DNA of 32,000 bases, from NCBI RefSeq assembly GCF_000008625.1, contig NC_000918.1:960001-992000 (forward strand), written 5' to 3'. Positions 18,259-27,302 of this stretch are shown one piece after another (position 1 is the stretch's first letter; the number at the start of each line of letters is the position of its first letter). A program made the position numbers and the translations under genes. This stretch comes from Aquifex aeolicus VF5. Lineage in GTDB: Bacteria > Aquificota > Aquificia > Aquificales > Aquificaceae. A model generated the notes under the pieces. The model searched no databases and was not told where the DNA came from. It worked only from the letters and a program-made list of their open reading frames with translations.

Positions 18259-18885
18259 ATGATTAAGAAGGTAGCTGCAAAGCCTCTCAGCTGGCTTGAG
18301 AGGATATTTTTCATAGATTTCATAAAAGGTCTCAGGATTACATTAAAGAACGCCCTGAGGAAAACTATCACCACTCACTACCCTTACGAAAAAATAACTC
18401 CGCCGAAACGCTTCAGGGGTTACTTTGCACACAAGGTGGTTGACGGAACGGAACCCCAGCCGGCGTTTCAGGAATGGGTAAACAGGTACAACATCTTGGT
18501 TGAGTATGGAAAGAGCCGGTGTGTCGTGTGCCTCAGGTGTAAAAGGGCTTGTCCTGTTCCTCAGCTCTTTGAAATAGAAGGGAAAAAACTCCCAAACGGC
18601 AAAAGAGTTGTTAGCGTCTTTAACATGAACATGCTCCTCTGCACTTATTGCGGTTTTTGCGTGGACGCATGCCCTGTGGATTGCCTTTATCAAACAGACA
18701 TACACGAAAATGCCTCTTACACCAGGAAGGACGCTGTACTCACCCTTGAAATCCTTGAACAGATAGGCAGGGACTGGCAGAGAAGAAGGGAAAGAGAGCC
18801 CGACAGGATATGGATAGACGACGAGCAAAGGATGAAGCTGTGGGGTGAGAATAATGTAAAATTACCTAAACCCGAGGAGGTGTGA
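18259..18885 (+). CDS. nuoI: NADH-quinone oxidoreductase subunit I (2x[4Fe-4S])
   Basis: Two CxxCxxCxxxCP motifs (CVVCLRCKRACP, CTYCGFCVDACP) and the N-terminal YPYEK...PKRFRG motif. There is an insertion before the first cluster and a charged C-terminal tail. Confidence 0.9.
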   Translation: MIKKVAAKPLSWLERIFFIDFIKGLRITLKNALRKTITTHYPYEKITPPKRFRGYFAHKVVDGTEPQPAFQEWVNRYNILVEYGKSRCVVCLRCKRACPVPQLFEIEGKKLPNGKRVVSVFNMNMLLCTYCGFCVDACPVDCLYQTDIHENASYTRKDAVLTLEILEQIGRDWQRRREREPDRIWIDDEQRMKLWGENNVKLPKPEEV

Positions 18886-19418
18886 TGGGGAGACTGCTTA
18901 TATTTGGATTCTTCTCTATTCTTGCTATTTTGTCCGGTATAGGGATAATCACGCTAAGAAATCCGGTTTACGTTGTAGTAGCCCTTCTTTCTTCCCTAAT
19001 TGCGGTTGCGGGAATCTTCTTCACCGCTGGAGCGGAACTTGTAGGAGCTCTCCAGTTACTCATATACGCCGTTGCGATAGCGGTGTTCTACATCATCGTG
19101 ATAAGTGCCGTCCCGTGGGAAAAGGCGAAAAAGAGCGAATCCCACTACCGTTTTGAGGGACTAATCTCTTTACCCGTGGTTCTCTTCCTCTACATAGAGA
19201 TGATCGTTGTCTTTCTACTTGGAGTTAAGGCTTCTCCCGAGGGAAAAATAGCAAAGTTCATAGAGAAGTTCGGTAATACGGAAGTGATAGGTGCTATACT
19301 TTTCAGCAAGTATTTTCTTGCCTTTGAGGTAGTTTCAATAGTTCTCCTGATGGGTATGATAGGTGCCGTTTTAATAGGTAGAAAGGAGAGTCAGACCTAT
19401 GAAGACGATACCGCTTGA
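18882..19418 (+). CDS. nuoJ: NADH-quinone oxidoreductase subunit J
   Basis: Position between nuoI and nuoK. It is a 178-aa polytopic membrane protein with a NuoJ-like N-terminus (NPVYVVVALL ... AGAELVGALQLLIYAVAIAV). Confidence 0.85.
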   Translation: MMGRLLIFGFFSILAILSGIGIITLRNPVYVVVALLSSLIAVAGIFFTAGAELVGALQLLIYAVAIAVFYIIVISAVPWEKAKKSESHYRFEGLISLPVVLFLYIEMIVVFLLGVKASPEGKIAKFIEKFGNTEVIGAILFSKYFLAFEVVSIVLLMGMIGAVLIGRKESQTYEDDTA

Positions 19419-19707
19419 GGCTTTCTTAACGGTAAGCATGATACTTTTTGGGCTGGGGCTAATAGGTATAATCGCCAGAAGGAATTTGGTTACCGTTTTG
19501 ATGAGTTTAGAGCTTGCCCTTAACGCTGTAAACATAGCCTTGGTGGGTGCTGACCATTACTTAGGTCTTGCGGAGGGGCAGATATTTGCCCTCTTTATAA
19601 TAGCCCTTGCCGCTACTGAAGCCGCTGTGGGTCTCGGGATTATAATCGCCATATTCAGGTTGAAGAAGGTAGAAAGTACGGACGAAATAAGAGAGCTGAG
19701 GGGCTGA
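19399..19707 (+). CDS. nuoK: NADH-quinone oxidoreductase subunit K
   Basis: 102 aa with three TM segments and conserved SLELALNAVN and ATEAAVGLGI motifs. It overlaps nuoJ by 20 nt. Confidence 0.9.
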   Translation: MKTIPLEAFLTVSMILFGLGLIGIIARRNLVTVLMSLELALNAVNIALVGADHYLGLAEGQIFALFIIALAATEAAVGLGIIIAIFRLKKVESTDEIRELRG

Positions 19708-19709
19708 GC

Positions 19710-21644
19710 ATGGAAGGACTGTTTGTAATATTTACGCCGCTAATAGCTTTTCTCATAATACTTGCATTCGGAAGAAAGATAGGGGATTTAGGAAGCGGGA
19801 TAATAGCGTCAGTAGGAGCAGGACTTACAACTCTTTTCTCTTTGGTAGTCGCCCTCAAAGCCATTCACTCTCCTATTCACGTCAAACTCTACGACTTCCT
19901 CCCAATTGGCAATTACACACTCTCCCTCGGATTTTACTTTGACTCACTCTCTTCCTTGATGGCACTTGTCGTCACATTCGTTGCCACTCTCATATTCGTC
20001 TACTCAATCGGCTACATGCGTGACGAGTTCGGTAAATGGGTCTTCAAGTTCTACGCTTACCTATCACTCTTCCTCTTCGCTATGCTCCTTATCGTGCTTT
20101 CAGACAACCTCCTCGGAATCTTCTTCGGCTGGGAAGGTGTGGGACTTGCTTCATACCTCCTTATCGGATACTACCACGAACAAAAAAAAGCTACAAAAGC
20201 TTCCTTTGAAGCCTTCGTTATGAACAGAATAGGTGACTGGCTCTTTATCTTCGGTATCATCTACTCCTTTTACCTCTTCAAAACCTTAGAAATCACTCAA
20301 ATATTCCCGAAAGTCGAAGAAGTAGACAAGTACGCTCTTGGCGTTGCCACAATGCTCCTCTTTGGAGGAGCAGTCGGAAAGTCGGGACAATTTCCGCTCC
20401 ACACGTGGCTTCCAAACGCAATGGCAGGTCCGACTCCCGTGTCTGCACTCCTTCACGCAGCCACGATGGTAGCAGCTGGTGTCTACATGGTAGCAAGACT
20501 CTATCCCATGTTTGAAGCAACACCTCAAACGCTCAAGCTTATTGTTCTTATCGGAGCGATAACCATGACAATGGCAGCACTCGCAGGTGCTGTTCACAAC
20601 GACATAAAGAAGATAATCGCATTTTCAACGATGAGTCAGCTCGGATACATGTTTGTTGCTCTGGGAGTGGGGGACAAGGGCGGAGCGATGTTCCACCTCA
20701 CCACTCACGCTTTCTTCAAAGCCCTCCTGTTTTTAGCGGCTGGTGCTGTAATAACAGCATTCCACCACCACCTTTACGACATCTTCAAGATGGGAGGGCT
20801 AAAGAAGTACATGCCTGTGACTTATGTGGCGTTTATGATAGGGGCGCTCAGTTTGGCAGGAGTGTTTCCCTTCAGTGGTTTCTGGAGTAAAGACAGGATA
20901 GTGGCGAGCATGTACGAGTGGAGCGGAGTGCTTGGAGTTCTTGGAACGATAGTGGCGTTTATAACTGCATATTACGCGTTCAGGGAAGGATTTCTGGTGT
21001 TTCACGGAAGAGAGAGATGGAGGGAGATATACGATAAAGACGTTCATGAAGTAGAGGGAGTGATGACGGTACCTATGGGGCTATTAGGATTTTTGACAGT
21101 TCTCACAGGGCTATTTGGCCTTTGGCTTGAGCACTGGTATGTAGGCTTGATAGGAGGGGAGGAGAAGGGGATACACCTGAGTGTTGCGCTAGTGTCGCTC
21201 GGAGTGGCAATAGCTGGGATATGGCTTGCGTGGGCGGTATATGTGAAGGAGGTGATAGATTACAACAAAGCATATGAGTCTTTGAAGTTTATACACACGA
21301 CTTTCAAGGAGCAGTTCTTTACTGAAAAGCTCTACCACAACGTTATTGCGGGTGGGTACCTCGTAGTTTCTAGAGTAGCTTACAAGGTGGGAGACAGAAC
21401 CGTTATAGACGGCTTTATAAACGCCTTGTACAAGTACTTCTTTAAGTTCGTTAAGTTCCTGTGGAAGTACCTTGACATAAAGATTATTGACGTTCTTATA
21501 CACGAGACTGTTCTAACCGCTTTCAGGCTCGGCAGGTTGTCAAGAAGGCTTCAAACTGGGCTTGTGAACCACTACATACTGTTTTTGGCCGTAGGATTGA
21601 CCTTTATCCTTGGAATCATGCTCTATATACTGGATAGACTCTAA
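19710..21644 (+). CDS. nuoL: NADH-quinone oxidoreductase subunit L
   Basis: Antiporter-like core (GWEGVGLASYLLIGY, KSGQFPLHTWLPNAMAGPTPVSALLHAATMV) plus a long C-terminal extension typical of NuoL. The protein is 644 aa. Confidence 0.92.
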   Translation: MEGLFVIFTPLIAFLIILAFGRKIGDLGSGIIASVGAGLTTLFSLVVALKAIHSPIHVKLYDFLPIGNYTLSLGFYFDSLSSLMALVVTFVATLIFVYSIGYMRDEFGKWVFKFYAYLSLFLFAMLLIVLSDNLLGIFFGWEGVGLASYLLIGYYHEQKKATKASFEAFVMNRIGDWLFIFGIIYSFYLFKTLEITQIFPKVEEVDKYALGVATMLLFGGAVGKSGQFPLHTWLPNAMAGPTPVSALLHAATMVAAGVYMVARLYPMFEATPQTLKLIVLIGAITMTMAALAGAVHNDIKKIIAFSTMSQLGYMFVALGVGDKGGAMFHLTTHAFFKALLFLAAGAVITAFHHHLYDIFKMGGLKKYMPVTYVAFMIGALSLAGVFPFSGFWSKDRIVASMYEWSGVLGVLGTIVAFITAYYAFREGFLVFHGRERWREIYDKDVHEVEGVMTVPMGLLGFLTVLTGLFGLWLEHWYVGLIGGEEKGIHLSVALVSLGVAIAGIWLAWAVYVKEVIDYNKAYESLKFIHTTFKEQFFTEKLYHNVIAGGYLVVSRVAYKVGDRTVIDGFINALYKYFFKFVKFLWKYLDIKIIDVLIHETVLTAFRLGRLSRRLQTGLVNHYILFLAVGLTFILGIMLYILDRL

Positions 21645-21655
21645 GGGGTGGTGAT

Positions 21656-23161
21656 ATGGAAAAGGTGGGGTTTGAGTTTCCCATAATATCCGTTTCCCTG
21701 GCTATACCTGCGGTATTTGCCGTTCTCATACTCTTCTTTAAAGAAAAATTCGCAAAATACATAGCCCTTCTCGGGACGGGACTTACCTTTCTCGTGTCCT
21801 TAATAGCACTGTTTAAGTTTGACTTTGCGAGAGATAATGTAATTCAGTTTTACGAGGAGTACACAATACTCAAGGAACTGGGAGTAAAGCTCTCCCTCGG
21901 TATGGACGGACTCTCGCTCCTTATGTACTTCCTCACCACCTTAGTTTCCCTTATAGCTGTTATATGGTCCATAGGCGATGAAAAAATAAAGCATAGACTG
22001 AAAGAGTACTATATAGCCTTTTTACTTACCGAAAGTTTTGTTATAGGTGTGTTTACTACGTTTAACCTCATCGTTTTCTACGTGTTTTACGAACTCACAC
22101 TCCTTCCCATGCTCTTTGTGATAGGTATCTGGGGATATAAGCTCAGGCTTTACTCAGCTTACAAGTTCTTTGTATACATATTTATCTCTTCTTTGTTCTT
22201 GCTACTCGGTATAGCCTCAATATCCACTTACCACTACAAAATGAACGGAAGTTTTACCTTTGAGTACCTTGAGCTCTTAAACTTGAACATTCCAAATGGT
22301 TTTGAGATCTTCCTATTCTTACTCTTCTTCATAGCTTTTGCGGTAAAGACTCCAATAGTTCCTTTCCACACATGGCTTCCCGATGCTCACGGTGAGGCTC
22401 CCACCGCAGGTTCTGTAGTTCTCGCTGCAATCTTACTTAAGATGGGAACTTACGCTCTTGTCAGGTTCAACATAGGGCTCTTCCCTGATGCAGCTTTAGA
22501 ACTTTCTCCCTACCTCGTGGCACTTGGTATTTACTCCATTATTATGGCTTCATGGATGACAATATCCCAGACGAATATAAAACGTTTCGTCGCTTACTCT
22601 TCCGTTTCCCACATGGGTTTTGTGGTAACCGCGGCATTCCTTCTAAATATGGAAGGTCTCAGGGCGTCAATTATTGAGATGTTTGCTCACGGTCTTACAA
22701 GTGCCGGACTCTTTATGGTTGCCGGATACATATACAACAAGCTCCACACATTTAACTTCGCAAGCTTGAGAGGTGCTATAAAGTTCATGCCCTTGTTTGC
22801 AACCATTACCGCTGCAACAGCCTTTGCCGCCATGGGTCTTCCCGGCGGTTCTTCCTTCTGGGGTAAGTTCCTCACGATTTTGGCTGCAAGGGAGTACTCA
22901 ACACCTTTAGCCTTCTTGGTAGTCTTTGCGGCGTTCTTCAGTGCGGCTTACGTACTTTACTTCTTAAAAACTCTTTATTTGGACGTCAGAGAAGAGAGTG
23001 TACTTATTCACTTCAAGGATGTAAGCGGTTATCCCTTGGTGGCATTTTTGATGATCGTTATTCCTGTTCTATTGGTAGGTTTTGTTCCGTTTATATTCTT
23101 TGCCTTCTACAACGAGTTCCTTGTGCACTTGTTAAAGTACGTTTTAAAATTGCCGTTTTAG
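21656..23161 (+). CDS. nuoM: NADH-quinone oxidoreductase subunit M
   Basis: Antiporter-like core with KTPIVPFHTWLPDAHGEAPTAGSVVLAAILLKMG. Position between nuoL and nuoN. Confidence 0.9.
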   Translation: MEKVGFEFPIISVSLAIPAVFAVLILFFKEKFAKYIALLGTGLTFLVSLIALFKFDFARDNVIQFYEEYTILKELGVKLSLGMDGLSLLMYFLTTLVSLIAVIWSIGDEKIKHRLKEYYIAFLLTESFVIGVFTTFNLIVFYVFYELTLLPMLFVIGIWGYKLRLYSAYKFFVYIFISSLFLLLGIASISTYHYKMNGSFTFEYLELLNLNIPNGFEIFLFLLFFIAFAVKTPIVPFHTWLPDAHGEAPTAGSVVLAAILLKMGTYALVRFNIGLFPDAALELSPYLVALGIYSIIMASWMTISQTNIKRFVAYSSVSHMGFVVTAAFLLNMEGLRASIIEMFAHGLTSAGLFMVAGYIYNKLHTFNFASLRGAIKFMPLFATITAATAFAAMGLPGGSSFWGKFLTILAAREYSTPLAFLVVFAAFFSAAYVLYFLKTLYLDVREESVLIHFKDVSGYPLVAFLMIVIPVLLVGFVPFIFFAFYNEFLVHLLKYVLKLPF

Positions 23162-23174
23162 AGGTGAGTAAAAG

Positions 23175-24641
23175 ATGGATTTAAGGGCGTTAATAGGCGT
23201 AATAGAGATACCGGATTTAAAGAAATTCCTCCCGGAGTTTATACTACTGCTACTTGCCTTTATACTATTCACATTAGAACTCTTCATAAAAGGAAAAGAG
23301 CGGAGACTCGTCCTTAACGTTGTGAGTTACGTAGGGTATTTCTCCGTTTTAATGTCTTTGTTAATTCCTTGGATGTACAAAGGTGACACCTTTTACGGGA
23401 ACTTTACGAATGATCCGTTAGCGGTTACTGTAAAAATATTCGCTGTTTTAATTACTTTAGCTATACTCCCCTTTGCAAGTTCCTACTTCTCCGCTAAAAA
23501 ATCCTTCTACGGAGAGTTTTACTACATCCTCGCCTTTACACTTCTTGGGGTATTCGTACTGGCCTCCACTTACAACCTCATAATCCTTTACGTGGCTCTG
23601 GAGCTCGTATCCGTCGGTTTTTACATATTGACTGCACTCCTGAGAGGCTCTACGGAAGCGAAAGAGGGAGCGTTTAAGTACTTAATCTTAGGTGGTCTTT
23701 CTATAGCTCTCGCCTCTTACGGTGCCGCTTTTATGTACATATACTCGGGTAGCCTTGACCTTCGTGAAATACTGACCTATCAGGGGAAAGATATTCACTA
23801 TCTCGTTCTCGGACTCGTTTTCTTCCTTATAGGTCTTGCGGTAAAGATAGGTGCGGTCCCCTTCCACTACTGGGTGCCAGACGCTTACCAAGGTGCTCCC
23901 ACGCCTGTTACCGCCCTCATGGCGTCGGTCGGAAAGCTTGCATTCTTCATTCCACTTGTGAGGGTTATGCCTCTAGTTCAGGAAAAGTTCTCGCTTGTCT
24001 GGACAATAACCGTGGGAGTTATAGCGGCACTTACAATGCTCTACGGTAATTTAGTGGCCCTCGTTCAAAAGGATGTAAAGAGACTGCTCGCTTATTCCTC
24101 CATAGCTCACTCAGGTTACATAATGGCAGGTGCTGCGGTTGCAAAAGTTATAGGTATGAAGGCGGTTATTTACTTCCTCGTGGCTTACGCGGTCATGTCC
24201 GCTGGAGCTTTCTTGGTTTTAGCCCTCATGGAAAAGAATCCGGAATGGCAGAACTACATGGAAAACTTTTACGGACTCAGGTTTAACGCTCCTTACATTG
24301 CCTTTGCATTCTTCGTTTACATGGTTGCGCTCCTCGGTGTTCCTCCCACGGTAGGTTTTGTAGGAAAGGCTCTGGTATTTATGGCGCTTTCCTTTGATAA
24401 ACTCTGGTGGCTTGCCTTTATCATGATACTTTCCGCTGCGATATCCACGGGATACTACATAAGACTTGTCGTGGTTATGTACATGCACGAGAGGGAAAAG
24501 GAAATACGGTCCGCCCCCTCTCACTTGGGTGAAAAGTTTTCACTCTTCGCCCTGACACTTGCAAGTGTACTTTTAGGGGTATTACCTTCTTTAGTGTGGT
24601 TTCTCATTAAGCAATCTGCGGAAAATCTTTTTACGGGGTGA
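23175..24641 (+). CDS. nuoN: NADH-quinone oxidoreductase subunit N
   Basis: Antiporter-like core with KIGAVPFHYWVPDAYQGAPTPVTALMA and LLAYSSIAHSGY. Confidence 0.9.
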   Translation: MDLRALIGVIEIPDLKKFLPEFILLLLAFILFTLELFIKGKERRLVLNVVSYVGYFSVLMSLLIPWMYKGDTFYGNFTNDPLAVTVKIFAVLITLAILPFASSYFSAKKSFYGEFYYILAFTLLGVFVLASTYNLIILYVALELVSVGFYILTALLRGSTEAKEGAFKYLILGGLSIALASYGAAFMYIYSGSLDLREILTYQGKDIHYLVLGLVFFLIGLAVKIGAVPFHYWVPDAYQGAPTPVTALMASVGKLAFFIPLVRVMPLVQEKFSLVWTITVGVIAALTMLYGNLVALVQKDVKRLLAYSSIAHSGYIMAGAAVAKVIGMKAVIYFLVAYAVMSAGAFLVLALMEKNPEWQNYMENFYGLRFNAPYIAFAFFVYMVALLGVPPTVGFVGKALVFMALSFDKLWWLAFIMILSAAISTGYYIRLVVVMYMHEREKEIRSAPSHLGEKFSLFALTLASVLLGVLPSLVWFLIKQSAENLFTG

Positions 24642-24646
24642 GAGAG

Positions 24647-25018
24647 ATGGAGTACGTATGGATTTTAGTATTTGCTGGAATTCTCCTCGTTATAGGTCTT
24701 GTTATGATATCTCTTAACGCTCTGCTCGGACCCCGTGAGCCTCAAATATACGAAGACTATCCTTACGAGTGCGGTGTTCCCCTTTACGATAAAGACGCAC
24801 AGACTACCTTCCATCAGGGTTATTACCTGCTCGGTTTACTGCTCCTTCTCTTTGACATAGAAGCCGCTTTCCTCTTTCCTTGGAGCGTTGTTTACAGGTA
24901 TTTGGGAGTGTTCGGTTTTATAGAAATGTTCATATTCATATTCATACTTACATACGGATTGCTGTACGCATGGAAGAAAGGAGCACTTGATTGGCAATTT
25001 GAAATTGAAGAGGTTTGA
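24647..25018 (+). CDS. nuoA: NADH-quinone oxidoreductase subunit A
   Basis: About 120 aa with three TM segments and the NuoA motifs YECG (YPYECGVP) and FDIEAAFLFPW. I chose ATG 24647 (SD GGGGTGAG upstream) rather than GTG 24638. Confidence 0.85.
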   Translation: MEYVWILVFAGILLVIGLVMISLNALLGPREPQIYEDYPYECGVPLYDKDAQTTFHQGYYLLGLLLLLFDIEAAFLFPWSVVYRYLGVFGFIEMFIFIFILTYGLLYAWKKGALDWQFEIEEV

Positions 25019-25766
25019 AGAGGTTAACTTAGTTCTTTCGGGAGGGGCTGCCAAGGGTATCGCCCATATAGGTGTTTTAAAAGCTCTGGAAGAGCTCGGT
25101 ATAAAGGTAAAGAGGCTCAGCGGGGTAAGTGCTGGAGCTATCGTTTCCGTCTTTTACGCTTCGGGCTACACTCCCGACGAGATGTTAAAACTCCTGAAAG
25201 AGGTAAACTGGCTCAAACTTTTTAAGTTCAAAACACCGAAAATGGGCTTAATGGGGTGGGAGAAGGCTGCAGAGTTTTTGGAAAAAGAGCTCGGAGTTAA
25301 GAGGCTGGAAGACCTGAACATACCAACCTATCTTTGCTCGGCGGATCTGTACACGGGAAAGGCTCTTTACTTCGGCAGAGGTGACTTAATTCCCGTGCTT
25401 CTCGGAAGTTGTTCCATACCCGGGATTTTTGAACCAGTTGAGTACGAGAATTTTCTACTTGTTGACGGAGGTATAGTGAACAACCTGCCCGTAGAACCTT
25501 TGGAAAAGTTCAAAGAACCCATAATCGGGGTAGATGTGCTTCCCATAACTCAAGAAAGAAAGATTAAAAATATACTCCACATCCTTATAAGGAGCTTCTT
25601 TCTGGCGGTTCGTTCCAATTCGGAAAAGAGAAAGGAGTTCTGCAACGTAGTTATAGAACCTCCCCTTGAAGAGTTCTCTCCTCTGGACGTAAATAAGGCG
25701 GACGAGATATTCCTGCGGGGATATGAGAGCACTTTAAGAATTATGAGAAATTTCGTAAAACATTAA
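24987..25766 (+). CDS. Patatin-like phospholipase
   Basis: Oxyanion motif GGAAKG, nucleophile elbow GVSAG (GxSxG) and catalytic Asp in VDGG. The TTG start at 24987 is preceded by AAGGAG. The start is uncertain, with in-frame TTGs also at 24999 and 25005. It overlaps the nuoA 3' end. Confidence 0.8.
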   Translation: MIGNLKLKRFEEVNLVLSGGAAKGIAHIGVLKALEELGIKVKRLSGVSAGAIVSVFYASGYTPDEMLKLLKEVNWLKLFKFKTPKMGLMGWEKAAEFLEKELGVKRLEDLNIPTYLCSADLYTGKALYFGRGDLIPVLLGSCSIPGIFEPVEYENFLLVDGGIVNNLPVEPLEKFKEPIIGVDVLPITQERKIKNILHILIRSFFLAVRSNSEKRKEFCNVVIEPPLEEFSPLDVNKADEIFLRGYESTLRIMRNFVKH

Positions 25767-25791
25767 GAAAAATTTATATAAAATTTCATTT

Positions 25792-26100
25792 ATGGATTGT
25801 AAAGAGCTTGCGAGGATTTTTTACGCCCTTTCGGAGCCAAAGAGGCTCTGTATGGTGAAGTTGCTTCTGGAGAGAGAGGAACTTTGTGTGTGTGACTTTA
25901 TGAGGATTTTTAAGGAGTCCCAACCTAAGATATCCTTTCACCTTAAGGTATTAAGGGAAGCGGGGCTTGTGACTTCGCAAAAAAGGGGCAAGTGGAATTA
26001 TTACCGCCTTAACAAGGAAGCTCCTGTTATACCTTGTGTGGAAAAGCTCCTTAAAGATGTAAAGCTTGAAGAAAAAATCCAATTGGAGGTGAAGAGATGA
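25792..26100 (+). CDS. arsR: ArsR-family metalloregulator with an As(III)-type ELCVCD site
   Basis: A winged-helix ArsR/SmtB pattern. ELCVCDF is the same motif as the arsenite-binding site of plasmid R773 ArsR, followed by QPKISFHLKVLREAGLV and GKWNYYRL. Confidence 0.85.
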   Translation: MDCKELARIFYALSEPKRLCMVKLLLEREELCVCDFMRIFKESQPKISFHLKVLREAGLVTSQKRGKWNYYRLNKEAPVIPCVEKLLKDVKLEEKIQLEVKR

Positions 26101-26339
26101 AGGAAATTAAGATTCTCAGCGGGACAAATTGTCAGAACTGTGAACTGCTTTATCAAGTCGTTAGCGAAATCGTAAAAAGAAAAGGTATTGATGCGAAAGT
26201 TGAAAAAGTCGTGGACATTCAGGAAGTTTTAAAGTACGGGGTGATGACCACTCCTGTTCTGGTCGTGGACGGTGAAGTAAAACACGTGGGCACACCCATA
26301 CCAGCACCTCAGAAGATAGAAGAGCTTATCGGAGGGTGA
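26097..26339 (+). CDS. Small thioredoxin-fold protein (redox-active disulfide protein 2-like), CQNC motif
   Basis: 80 aa with a CxxC motif (CQNC) near the N-terminus and a TPVLVVDGE beta-strand motif typical of small thioredoxin-like proteins. Its ATG overlaps the arsR TGA as ATGA. Confidence 0.75.
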   Translation: MKEIKILSGTNCQNCELLYQVVSEIVKRKGIDAKVEKVVDIQEVLKYGVMTTPVLVVDGEVKHVGTPIPAPQKIEELIGG

Positions 26340-26342
26340 GAG

Positions 26343-27302
26343 ATGTTTGAGATTTACGAGAGATTTGCCGACTTAGTGGTTTACAATCTGTTAGGACTGC
26401 AGAAGGGCATGCATCTTGCGGAAGCCCTTCATTTTTTTGTTTACGATACTCTGAAGATATTTACCTTGCTTACCGTTATTATTTTCGTTGTTTCCTTTAT
26501 AAGGAGTTTCTTTCCCCTTGAAAAGACACGGGAAATCCTTTCAAAACACAAAGCGGTGGCGCTTCCCCTTGCCGCTTTCCTCGGCATTTTAACGCCTTTC
26601 TGTTCTTGCTCCGCTGTGCCGATGTTTATAGGTTTTGTAGAAGCGGGAATTCCTCTGGGAGCTGCCTTTACATTCCTTGTTGCTTCGCCTATGGTAAACG
26701 AAGTGGCTCTCGGTCTTCTTCTAACACTCTTTGGCGTTAAGGTAGCCGTTCTTTACGTGATCTTTGGAGTAATCGTTGCAATAGTAGCGGGCTACGTAAT
26801 AGAGAAACTAAATCCCAGAGAACTGATAGCGGATTACGTATTTCAGGTAAAACTCGGCCAAACTCAAATTAAAGAAATGACCTTTAAGGAAAGGCTTGAG
26901 TTTGCAAAGAACAACGTCAAAGAAATCCTCGGAAAGATATGGATTTACATAATTATCGCTATAGGGATAGGAGGGTTTATACACGGTTACGTTCCACAGG
27001 ATATAGTGGAAAGAGTGGCGAAAACCGCAGGACTCATAGCCGTTCCGCTGGCCGTACTGATAGGAATTCCCCTCTACTCAAACGCTGCGGGAATACTGCC
27101 CGTGATACAGGCTCTAATCGCCAAGGGTGTGCCTCTGGGAACGGCCCTTGCCTTTATGATGGCTACAACCGCCTTGTCTTTTCCCGAGTTTATGATACTG
27201 AAGCAAATCATGAAGCCGAAGTTAATAGCATTTTTTGCGGGAATAGTGGGCATTTCTATAATAGCAGTGGGTTATCTTTTTAACTTTATCTTCACACTCT
27301 GA
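26343..27302 (+). CDS. arsP: ArsP-type permease (PF03773-like predicted permease)
   Basis: A polytopic membrane protein with the intramembrane Cys motif TPFCSCSAVP. It has two homologous halves separated by a charged loop. It starts 3 nt after the thioredoxin-like gene, with SD GGAGGGTGAG. Confidence 0.72.
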   Translation: MFEIYERFADLVVYNLLGLQKGMHLAEALHFFVYDTLKIFTLLTVIIFVVSFIRSFFPLEKTREILSKHKAVALPLAAFLGILTPFCSCSAVPMFIGFVEAGIPLGAAFTFLVASPMVNEVALGLLLTLFGVKVAVLYVIFGVIVAIVAGYVIEKLNPRELIADYVFQVKLGQTQIKEMTFKERLEFAKNNVKEILGKIWIYIIIAIGIGGFIHGYVPQDIVERVAKTAGLIAVPLAVLIGIPLYSNAAGILPVIQALIAKGVPLGTALAFMMATTALSFPEFMILKQIMKPKLIAFFAGIVGISIIAVGYLFNFIFTL

